Below are positions 28,563 to 39,436 of a DNA stretch of 64,000 nucleotides, piece after piece. The stretch spans positions 682,001 to 746,000 of the forward strand of contig CDLV01000007.1 in the NCBI GenBank assembly GCA_001244265.2. Reading direction: 5' to 3'. This stretch comes from Microbotryum violaceum. Taxonomy: Eukaryota. The translations under genes and the position numbers were made by a program. Within the stretch, counting starts at the first letter, position 1. Each line of letters opens with the position of its first letter. Under the pieces are notes generated by a model. It ran no database searches. It worked only from the letters and a program-made list of their open reading frames with translations, and was not told the origin of the DNA.

Positions 28563-29731
28563 AGGACCCCCGAAAGCCCAGCCATAGGCGGCCCTCTAAA
28601 AAACGGCCTTTTTCGAGGCAAAATGTCCAATGTTTCTCCGGATTCTGACTGCGAATGTCCAAAAAAAGGGCCGCCTAGTGTTGAATAATTTCTCAAAATT
28701 ACTCTACAAGCTGTACAATGCTCAGAAAAATTTCTGCGCTACGCGCAGACTGCATTCCCGCCGCGCGCGGGCGGGAAAGGTTGCGCGCACCGAGCACCAA
28801 GAGCGGTGCCAGCGCGACCGCCAACGAGCCTTTTAAAAATGAAATGGACTCAAATAGGATCTCATCTTTGTTTAATCATTCATTCGATGGATTGAATGCA
28901 TATAATTTAGAGCTACATAGAAGAATGCACGCCAAAATAAGGTCCTCAGCTGCGCGCCATATCCTAATATATGTACCTAGAAATCTCTGGGAAAGTCGGA
29001 GGAAATGCAGTTAGCACACTGGCTAGGCCAGTAGTGTAGGACTCTTTGTCCCTAAATCAGAATCGATCATACCCACCAAATCCCCCTTGGGTGTTTTACA
29101 GAGACACAAGGCCAGCCTTGCACTCCTGAATTGATGCCCAGAGCTCTTCGAGTGCCATTTCGGTGATCGGGTGATCGGGTGATCGGTTCCAAAGAATCCG
29201 ACGTGTATCGGTGGTGGCGAACCCTGGGAATCTTTGACCGACTAGGAAAAGAAAGATACGACTAGGAAAAAAAGATATTTCTCGGCAAGAGAGCTTCCAA
29301 ATCGAAAGGAAGAAGAGGAGACGTAGCTCGACAAGTCGGCGTTCCGAGCGAGAGACGATCAAAAAACGATAAATGATCGCACATGCCTTACAGGAACAGC
29401 CCAATAAGTAGCCTCTGAGTAGTTCTGGTTACGAATTGCTTTTAGCCTATCGTTTAAGAACGACAGATTGGATTTTATGCACATCAGAGGCGCATACCTT
29501 ACAGCAAATGCAGACACTAACGCGCTCCAAACGCAAACGGCGCGACTGTTCCCCGCGCCGCGCAGCTGGGCCGGCTATGCCCTGCACCCTGCGCCTCCCG
29601 CTACCCTGGTCTGCGCTTCAAAGTTCGACCGGAGGGAGGAAAATGTCCATGAATGAGGTGAACCTCGACCCCTTTTGAGCCAAAAATGTCCAAATTTGTG
29701 GGCCGCCTCTGGCTGGGCTTTCGGGGGCCCT
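28563..29731. mobile_element. Non-autonomous TIR DNA element (hAT-like), ~1.17 kb
   Basis: 32-bp inverted repeats 28563-28594 / 29700-29731 (2 mismatches); flanking 8-mers ATCCTGGG / ATCCTGAG; AT-richer interior with no credible ORF. Confidence 0.65.
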
Positions 29732-30114
29732 ATCCTGAGACCCGAAGCAGTCGCGGTTCCGGCGCGCCCCGACTGGCCAGGCTCCGTCTCAGCGTCTGTC
29801 CCACTGCCACTGCATTGGCACGGTGGCACCAGTAATATTTGGAATCACCGCCCCCAAGAAGACTGGAGTAAAAATAGCATGAGACTTGAGAGTCGACTTG
29901 TACCCGAGTCGTCTCATACTTCACGAAAGGCGGCTGTAAGTGCCCCCGATCGAGTGACGACACTGACGAGTCAGAGGCTCAGTGAGGCCCTCGAGAGCCC
30001 ACTTCAAGCCACTGCCGGCACTGCCCACTCCAGCGATGCTACAGCTTGCTACAGTCGTCAGCTGACCCCACGCGAGCTCGCTCTTTGGCCCCCTGCGCTT
30101 CAGCCTCCGCACCA

Positions 30115-31844
30115 ATGCGAAACCACGAGAACGCGACGGATCCTGGTCCTGTAAGTCAAGGTAATTCGCGCCATTCTGCGCCCTACATCGTTGCGATGTG
30201 CCACATGTTATCTAACGTCCTGCACCATCCTGCACGCGCTGGTCGTCGCGTTCCCCACTTCGCAGGAAGCTGCACGTGACTCGCTCGCTGGCAGGCTAGG
30301 CCACTTGACGCCGAGCCAGGAAGCGGCTTTCACCATACTCAAGCAACGAGTCATCGAGGAAAATGTCCTCGTGCCGGGTCCACTGGCTCATCAGATTGAG
30401 TACGATGATTCAACTGTCATGTAAGTGCCTGCCCTCGGCTCTAGCCCCCCACCCGATCCTGTCTGCACGTATAGCTCGGCCTGAACGACACACACACCGG
30501 CCGCCCGTGGGTTCTACAAAGAAGGAAACAAGACAAATAACGCTCGCTGAACCTCCTCACCTCACTTCACCTAGTCGATACCTTCGAGCGCGCCGCTGGA
30601 ACGTTGACGGCGCACTGAAACAGCTGAAAGCGACGGCCGACTGGATGACGACGGAGAACATCGACACCACCTATGATGAAATAGAGGTCGAAGAGTTCCG
30701 AGCAGCGCACAGACTCGGTCCCCGGTACACTGGTAAGTTCGAAGGACCATCTGCTCGCTTCATCAAGTGCCCGCTTCGCCTCACCGCTGCCCTGGAGTAA
30801 CGTCGTTCGCGCGCTAGCTCAACATGCTGAGCCCCGCCCCCTGTGTTCAACTGTCTCAGGGGCGCGAGATCGTGCCGGGAATCCCATCACGGTATTTCGC
30901 ATGGACAGTCTGAGCGACGAAGACATTAAAGGCTTCAACAAAGATCACGGCCGAAGTGATCTTTGTACGAGCATCATGACGCGGGTAGGTGTGAATTTCA
31001 CAGGGGTTTCAGTGATACGGCTCGTGTCGATTGCCGACGAAGAGCTGACGCTGAGCGCGTGATGTGTGCATCGCGGCAGGCGGGTACATGTTTCTACCTT
31101 CCGCTACTCAATGAGCTGCCACGCGCGAATCCTGGCGTTCCGATTGACTCGTTCACCAATAGTAAGCCCCAGGTCGACCGTGAAGGCGCTGCTTGCCAGT
31201 GAATCGGAAGTGGATTCATTCGTTTCGCACAGTCATCGATCTCTCCAACATGTCCTTGACGAAGTTCTGGTGAATGACTCCTAAGAGTTTGCTTCGTCTC
31301 ACGATACGTTCACTCACACGTTGGTTCTCGACCACTAAGGGCACTACGAGGCTACCTGCAGCGCTCGTCGACTCTGGCGACGGCGCACCTTCCCGAGACG
31401 CTCGGACTTCTCTACATCATCGGTGCCCCCTCGATGTGGAGCGTCGTCTACGGTGTCGCAAAAAAATGGTTCGACGAAGGGACGACGAGTAAATTTCGAG
31501 TTTTGTCCGCGTCCGAGGTGTTCACAGGCCTGTCGGAAACGATCGATCCCAAGTCAATCCCCGAGGCGTACGGTGGCGAACTCAAGTGGCGCTGGGACCT
31601 TAATCATGGGGCTCCCGTGCTCGATCAAGACGTCAGGGAGCTACTGGGACTCGGACCCGACGAAGTGCCGCCCTCTGGCCCTTTGCGCTACAGCGCGAGC
31701 ACAGGTCTGCAAGTCGTCGGCAGGGGAAGGACGGAGGCGGAGCTCGCTTACAACGGACGTGGTCGTCGTCCGGCCAAAGAACGTACTGCAGCACCTGAAT
31801 CGAATGGAGCTTCCGGCGATACTTCTACCAATGGAGCCACGTAA
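30115..31844 (+). CDS. CRAL-TRIO / Sec14-like lipid-binding protein
   Basis: GRLGHLTPSQEAAF, DDSTVIRYLRARRWNV, IIDLSNMSL, AHLPETLG..IIGAP, KKWFDEGTTSKF, IPEAYGG; six introns that keep frame. Confidence 0.88.
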
Positions 31845-32361
31845 TTGTCACGCGCCATAGACTAAGTCCGAAGTGATAGATGGTCTTCTTGACGGCACTC
31901 CTCCACTCATTTATTTCCACTCCCATACACCGGTTGCCTGCCGCGCCCCCACTTATAAAGCAGCACAGAGCGCATTGAGAGCTGATGCATTGCAGGAGTG
32001 ATGACTTTCTCAGTGGCAGAGATTGACGCTCCTTTCATGTTACATCCCGCCATCCGTATTAATTCGGGGCCTGGAATCAGCTAGTGTCGCTTCGGCGTGC
32101 TTTGGCAAACGTCCGGGGCAGGTGCCACTCCACTCATTCATCTCCACTCCCGTACGCTGGTTGCCTCTCCCCGGTGCTGCAGGGCCGTTTCGAGTTGCTA
32201 TCAGCGGAGAGAGCTTGAGATGGACTTTCCGCATAGCCAAAAATGGGTGCCCAGCGCTCCCGGCCTCAGAAGCTTAGACCCCCTCACTGGACCCCCTCGG
32301 CGCGATCTCAGACCAGTTTCAGACCGATCTCAGACTTGAGATCTGAGATCGTGACACAGCG

Positions 32362-33091
32362 TCACGTTAGCTCTCTAAATCGATTGCCCCGAAGCTGCAA
32401 GACAACAGCGCCATCAGCCTTCATAATAACAATGGTTCTGGGCACCAGGCCGAGCTCAGCGTCCCTGCGGGATCTTAGTGCTACTCGGGTCACATCTCTC
32501 GAGATCGTCGTGCGTATGCTCTCTGAGCCAGAGACTGTCGCCGTATCACCGTCGTCATCGTCATCGTCACCCTTTCTACCACTCACCGCGACTCCTTTCC
32601 CCTTGCCACTACTGCTTCCACGAGCTCCAGACAATGAGTCCAGTAGGCTCAGCTGTCTCCCCAATGCCTCCATCGCATCCTCAGTCAGTTCACCTGGCTC
32701 ACCACCCAGGTCATCGACCGGCTCGCCCACGTACGACTCTCGGCATCGGCCTGTCAGCAATCCATCGATCGGCCTCATCCACCAGATCAGTGTAGTCGCT
32801 AGCTCCGTCGTAATCAAACGCCCCTTCAGACGAGTTAAAGCCTGTGGTCTCGGCAACTCTAAGCCAGTCCATGGATGGATCTGGAAGCATAGATGTGCTC
32901 GCAGTAGCTTGGCGAGATGAATGTGTGCTGGCTGGCATTCTAGACGGGATCGATCTGGCCGACTGATCTACCGAGCCCGGCTTAGAATTATCATCGTCTG
33001 AGCGCCAGATATTAGGGATCTTGCGGGCCTTGATCCTCTCCTGGCCCATCGTGTTCAAGAACTGCTTAGTAGGCGCTGCGACTGTTGACAC
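32362..33091 (-). pseudogene. Possible degenerate or lineage-specific gene fragment, function unknown
   Basis: Protein-like low-complexity segments (GKGKG, DDDDDD) in overlapping minus-strand ORFs; no recognisable domain. Confidence 0.2.
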
Positions 33092-33655
33092 TATTGGCGG
33101 AACTCGCTCAGGGTGCCCGAGCGGTTAGCACCCGCTCAGTAGCTGAAGAGCCTGACCCCGAACTTCTTTCGTTTTGTACGTGTGTTTGTGCTCCTGTATG
33201 GTCGTCAGGCCTTTAGCATACCCCTTGGAATACATTGCGTTCTTTCTTGGTCACCGACTTCGACCCCCCTGAACCGTCTGCATGGTTTGGCTTAATGTTT
33301 CAGTGGTATTCCGTCGCCGCGACGTCAGGGGTGGCCGCAGACGATGATCGAGGCGATCTGATAAATCCGCGACGAGGCGATCTTCTGCGGCTCGTTTAAG
33401 GCGCGTCGATCGACGGCCTGGCCCGAAGCGGCTTCAAGGCTCTTTCCACCCCGTCCATCACTTCAACCAAGCAACTTGTGCACTAAGACATCGTCACTTT
33501 GGTCAATCCAAAAGCGAATTAACCCTCTCGGCATCCTCCTGGAGATTGTTGCATCACTGCCACAACCTTACAACGCGTCGCAACACGCCGGGCTCGATCC
33601 CGCGGCCTCTGTCAGACCAAGTCGGCAAGCAAGCCGATTCAATTCCACGGGACCC

Positions 33656-36600
33656 ATGGCTACATGTGCTCAAGAAGAGTCAAAGCTGGTCGAGGACTAT
33701 GACCACGATGACAAGATCGAGGTGTCGAGTGTCGCCAGTTCGAGCAAGCTGCCGGCTGCTGCAACGACGACGACCATACAGCTCAAGATTCAAGGTATGC
33801 TTTGGCTTGCGTGCAAGCAATGGCGGTGCAGTGCGACGCGCGCCGTTTCCGCGAGCGCATGCATGCCTCCCGCTGGGCCAATATGCTGACCGAGCCCTCG
33901 TCCGTGCACACACTCGTCTCGGGCAGGTATGACGTGCGGTGCCTGCGTGGCCAGCATCGAGAATGGACTCCGTGATCAACCAGGGATTCTGTCGGTCAAG
34001 GTCGCATTACTGTGAGCAAGCCAGCTCGACCGACACACCGATTCGACTAGGGCGCGGTGTGGCGGCGTCTATTCCGCGTAGTTCGCGCTCGCTGGCTGAC
34101 CCATCGCCCCGCCCCTGACCCAATGCAGAGCGGAACGAGCCATCATCGAGTGCGACCCGTCCGTGTGGTCACCAGAGAAGCTCACAGAAGTGCGTTTCAC
34201 ATGGGGCAAACTGCAGTCGTGTAGAAGACCTCACACACGCCGTTGCTAGAGTGACTGGGCTGGGTCAGCTGACCGGCGGCTTCGATTGGCAACCACAGGA
34301 AGTCGAGGACATGGGATTCGAAGCGCAGCCCATACTTCCCGTCCCCCATGACACGGTGTCATTGCAGATCTATGGTATGACGTGCGTCGTCTTACCCTCC
34401 TCGTCTTCGTCGCGCTACGTCTTTGTGCATCAACTGACGCTTCGCTCGGTCCTCTAATCTTACCCCACTTGCACCTGCAGCTGTGGCGCATGCGTTTCCT
34501 CCATTGAGTCCTCCGTCTATTTGACACCGGGGATTCTCTCCGTCACCGTCTCCCTAGCAACCGAGCGCGCCACCATCACCTACGACCCGACCATCATATC
34601 CGGTGCTCGCGATCTCGTCGACCTTGTTTCGGACGTCGGTTTCGACGCGACCCTCGTGTCGGACGAGAACAACGCGGTGCAACTGCGGTCCCTTGCGCGC
34701 ACCAAGGAGATCTCCCAATGGAAGCACTCTCTACAGCGCTCGCTCTGCTTCGCCGTACCCGTCTTCTTCATCTCGATGATCTTCCCCATGGTGTCGGCGC
34801 TGCGCCCCGTCGTCAACCTGCGACTGGTGCGGGGAATCTACCTCGGCGACATCGTGTGCTTCCTTCTCACGATCCCCGTGCAGTTCGGAGTCGGACGTCG
34901 CATCTACGAGTCAGCATGGCGGGCGCTGCGCCATGGTTCGGCGACGATGGACGTCCTCGTCGTCTTTGGCACGACCGCCGCCTTCATCTTTTCGACCGCG
35001 ACGCTGCTGCTGGCGCCATTTTCCAGCGACGCAGACTACCACCCCAAGGTTTTCTTTGAGACCTCGACGATGCTCATTACCTTCATTAGTCTCGGGCGGT
35101 ACCTCGAGAACCTCGCCAAGGGCCAAACGAGCTCAGCACTGAGTCGACTCATGTCGCTCTCCCCGAGCCAGGCGATCATCTACACCGATGCCCCGACGTG
35201 CCTCAAAGAGAAGAGGGTGCCGACCGAGCTGGTCCAAGTCGGCGACACCGTCAAGATCGTCCCAGGGGACAAGATCCCGGCCGACGGGACGGTTCTGCGA
35301 GGCGAATCGACCGTCGATGAGAGCATGGTCACTGGCGAAGTGATTCCCGTCCACAAGGTCGTCGGTGAGGCGCTTATCGGGGGCACGGTCAACGGTTCGG
35401 GCACGTTCGACATGCTGGTCACACGCGCCGGCAAGGACACGGCCCTGGCGCAAATCGTGCACCTCGTCGAAGAGGCGCAGACCTCGAAGGCGCCGATCCA
35501 GGCCTTTGCGGACAAGGTTGCGGGCTACTTTGTGCCGATCGTCATCGGCCTCGGCATGCTGACATTCATTGCGTGGATGTGCATCGCTCACACTTCGACG
35601 CACCTGCCCCACGTCTTTGCCGAAAAGGGAGCGACCAAGTTCATGGTCTGCCTCAAGCTGTGCATCTCGGTCGTTGTCGTCGCATGCCCCTGCGCTCTCG
35701 GCCTCTCGACCCCAACGGCGGTGATGGTCGGCACCGGAGTTGGCGCTCAGCACGGGATCCTCATCAAAGGCGCCGGACCCCTCGAAGCGAGCCATCGCGT
35801 CGACCGCATCATCCTCGACAAGACGGGGACGCTGACCGTGGGCAAGCTTGCCGTCGTCGGGGTCAAGTGGTCCCACCCTTGCTCAGCCGTAGCGGATCTC
35901 AAAGAGGCATCCCCGTCCATGGTCAAATTTTCTCGTCAAGAAGACATCATGCTCCTGCTCGCGGCGGCCGAGGCCAAGTCAGAACACCCGCTCGCCAAAG
36001 CCGTCGCGTCCTGGGGTTTGCGGGAGCTCGGTCACCACATCCTCCCCCCTTCCATTCAAGTGTCCGAATTTGAGAGTGTGACGGGTCTCGGCGTCAAGTG
36101 CAACGTGTCGGGTAACTTCCCCTCGCTCTCGGATTCGCAGGTGAGCCATGCCCAGCACTCGATCGAGATCGGAAACGCCGCGTTTCTCGCGGGGTCGCAC
36201 ATCGCCCCTGACGCGTCGCACGCTGCTTTCCGGGACCGTGAAGAAGGACTCGGACGGACCTGCGTGTTCGTCGCCGTCGATGGGGCGCTCGCTTGCTCCA
36301 TCTCGCTCGCCGACACGATCAAGGGCGAAGCGCGTCAGGCCATCGACGCCTTGCGCATGATGGGGATTCACGTCGCGGTCGTCACGGGCGACCAACGCGC
36401 AACAGCGGTCGCCATCGCCGCCGATGTCGGGGTCGCGCCCAAGGACGTCTACGCCGGCGTCAGTCCGAACGGCAAGCGGTCCATCATCGAAAAGCTGCAA
36501 AAGCGAGGCCACCGAGTCGCGATGGTCGGCGATGGCATAAACGACTCCCCTGGACTGGCCGTAGCCGATGTTGGGATCGCCCTCTGCACGGGTACCGACA

Positions 36601-37242
36601 TTGCGATGGAAGCCGCGGACATTGTTCTGATGAAGGCCGACTTGCTCGACGTTGTGGCTGCAATCGATCTATCGAGGCGCATTTTTCGCCAGATTCGACT
36701 CAACTTCATATGGGCCACGGTCTACAACCTCTTTGGTGAGTCCGACAAGCTTTGTTGTTTCTCTGATCCCGTCACCCGAAACACTTTTTAACAAGGTGAT
36801 GATCTCTTCATGCTACACAGGGATCCCGCTTGCGATGGGTGTCTTCCTGCCCTGGGGTCTCCATCTGCACCCCATGATGGCTGGAGCTGCGATGGCGTTC
36901 TCGTCCGTTTCGGTCGTCGCTTCGTCGCTGACTTTGCGATGGTGGCGTCGCCCCCGAAGCGCTCGTCGACCCGACGATCCCGCCGGAGATCGTGCCGAAG
37001 GCTTCATCTCCGAAGTCCTTGGAGCTGCGTGGGACTCGTTCGGGTCGATCGTCATCTCCCTTCTTGCAAAACTCCGGGGTCGCGGCTCCTCTCGAGCTCG
37101 GGCCACCGATTCAGCGATGACGCGGCGTCCGAGCGAGTATGGACTTTTACCCAACGAAGTGGACGAGGACGAGGACGAGTCGGAAGATGATATCCCCATG
37201 GTCGGAGCAGCGAGGTTGCCTCGTCCTACCGAGGTCGTATAG
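33656..37242 (+). CDS. CCC2: Copper-transporting P1B-type ATPase (Ccc2-like)
   Basis: Two HMA motifs GMTCGAC, TGE, CPC, DKTGT, SEHPL, GDGIND, YN, MAFSS. Confidence 0.95.
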
Positions 37243-37494
37243 CTCGACCAATTTTCTAAGAGTAGTGCTTAGGTGCTAGCCCCCTCCGTTTGCCTTTGCC
37301 TTCGTAGTCGTTGTTGTTTTACTACATCAAGCAAATGCTTTACCCACCGCTGCAAATGTAAGATTGCTATCTGTTTGAATATTTTGACCGTGTGACCTGT
37401 TTCTTCCGAACTTTTCAGTGACCACGTGCACGGCGGACTTGTCCACGCGCTCTGTGCGCGTGGCCCGCCTCAAACGCCGGGGTGTCTACTAGTA

Positions 37495-38752
37495 CAGTCA
37501 AACCTGAGAAAATTTATGTCTTCGGTGGACGGATTTTCCCATAAATTAAAGACAGGTATAAGCTTGGAGAGTTCGGCTTCAGATCAATACATTATGACCT
37601 GAAACTCCGTTTTTGAGCTTCCTACATCAAATCAAGAATTTTCGTGCATCGTTTGAGTCGATACATTGACTTTTGAGGGGGAGGAAATTCAGAAGGCCCG
37701 AATTGCTGACTTGCAGCCAATGTACAGCCTCTACCGAGGCATGATGACATCTAACAAGTTATGAAAGCTCCAAGCAAAAATATCTTGACCTACTGAACGC
37801 TGGAAATACGAAGTCATTGTCGTCTGAATCCTCGCGGCATCCTGCTCGGCAACAAGAGTCTTGCGAATCCTCCTAGCCTCGTGCTCAAGAGAAATCAAAT
37901 CCGTTGGACCTGAGTGCCCATTCATAGCAAACCTAAGAAAAACATCAAGCGCTGAGATTGCCTCCTTCAGCGTCGTTCGCTCCGCCGGTCGGAGCTCTAT
38001 CTCCGCTTCCTCCTCTCCTCCTTCTCCCTCGCAATTCTCCTCCAACTCTTCGGCAATGACCAGGTCCACAATCTCCTGATCGGTCATTTCAGCCCCACCA
38101 GCAAGGTTCTCCTCCTCCACTTCGACGAGAAAGTGGATACTCATCTTCTCGTTGCTCGTAACTATATCCCCTTTTCGACCAGCTCGCCGTCTTCAGAGCG
38201 TTCATCGCGTTGATGATGCCGTGATCGCCATCGAGAGGCTCGGGACCGTTGGGAAGAGGTGTATGGTCGGTCGATCCTTTGTTCTTGCGATCAGACAAGA
38301 TTTGACCGTGGCGCCAGCAGATGAATTTCGGGAAGGGAATGAGACCATGATGATATCAAGAGGAATTGCTGATGAAGGCTTCTCGGTTTGTGAAGATGTT
38401 CATTTCGGCGTCGTTGTCGGCGGAAGAGGAGAGAGAAGCACGTCGCGACTAATAGCCTGTCAACGGGTCAACCGCCGCCTTTGCTCTACTGTGCTCGCTT
38501 CTCGGCTGTTTCGGGGCATTTCGGACTCTTCCAGCAGGCCGCTCGTCAACAAGAACGCCGAAGGAGAGGCCAATTCCTGATCAATCGCTCATTTCCGGCT
38601 CTCTCTTATCTTATAATTTGACCTGTAAACCCATAAATTATAAGGTATAAGATTGGACAGGGTTCTTCAGCCAAAAATGTCGGGAGATTTAAAAGTCCAT
38701 AAATTTTGCCAGGTATATGATTGGGCGATATAAGTTTTCTCAGGTTTGACTG
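37495..38752 (-). mobile_element. Internally deleted pogo/Fot1/Tigger-like (Tc1-mariner superfamily) DNA transposon
   Basis: 23-bp TIRs CAGTCAAACCTGAGAAAA(T/C)TTAT, TA on both flanks (37493-94, 38753-54); residual transposase C-terminus CWRHGQIL..MTDQEIV..LKEAISAL..QTTMTSYF with a frameshift. Confidence 0.9.
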
Positions 38753-39363
38753 TAGTACCCTCAGCTCGTGGTGCAATCTCCACCTGCAGCCAGGTAGGTC
38801 AGATTGTTTGGCTTAAAATAACTCAGCTCTACTTCACTCTTCTGGAGAGGAGCTACGTTTTAGCTTCCCTCGCGTTTATGCCGATGCCTGGACGACACCG
38901 CGCGGTGGAAACGCTTGGCCGCGTGCGCGTCCGCTTCTGTTGGGCACCAGCAGTGCTTCGAAAGCTTGGGAAAGCGCGTGTGTCTCAAGAAACAAACCGC
39001 ACTTTGTGGGGTCGCAACTTGTGGCATCAGGTGGGGTCGACATTTTCCTGACTCGTTTCGCATGGCGCGTCACATGTTGTCTCCAATAAAGGGTTCATTT
39101 AAGATGGCACTTACATCATAGCCACGGTCGTCCGCATGCATGACAGAACAGCACTCTCCTCAGTCCTCCGTAGGCCTAGGCTCCGGCGTCGGTAGCTCAG
39201 TCCAAGCTGCGATGATGCAGTGCGCAGTGCGGCGTGCGCACAGCAAACCGGACCGCATGCTGAACTAGCTCGGGCGCTTTCGCAAGAGTGCGCCCGCTGC
39301 CATACTACTCGATACTTGTTGGAATCAGCGATGATCCCGAAACGATCAACAAAAGAAGAGGAA

Positions 39364-39436
39364 CGGCTGGACCAGGAGTCGAACCTGGGTCGCTTCCATT
39401 CATTGGAGAAGCTTTGACCAACTAAGCTATCCGGCC
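39364..39436 (-). tRNA. tRNA-like gene or pseudo-tRNA with an aberrant anticodon arm (nominal anticodon TGA)
   Basis: 73 nt GGCCGGA-TA-GCTT-AGTTGGTCA-AAGC-T-TCTCC-AATGAAT-GGAAG-CGAC-CCAGG-TTCGACT-CCTGG-TCCAGCC-G; A and B boxes intact; TTTT shortly downstream. Confidence 0.7.

Noticed and set aside
37443..37493. Helitron 3' end (CCACGCGC..GCGCGTGG hairpin followed by CTAGT)
   Set aside because: Hairpin-to-CTAG spacing is ~25 nt, longer than typical, and no 5' end or Rep/helicase remnant is seen
39185..39210. Second tRNA-like start (GGCGTCGGTAGCTCAGTC)
   Set aside because: No B box, T arm or cloverleaf follows
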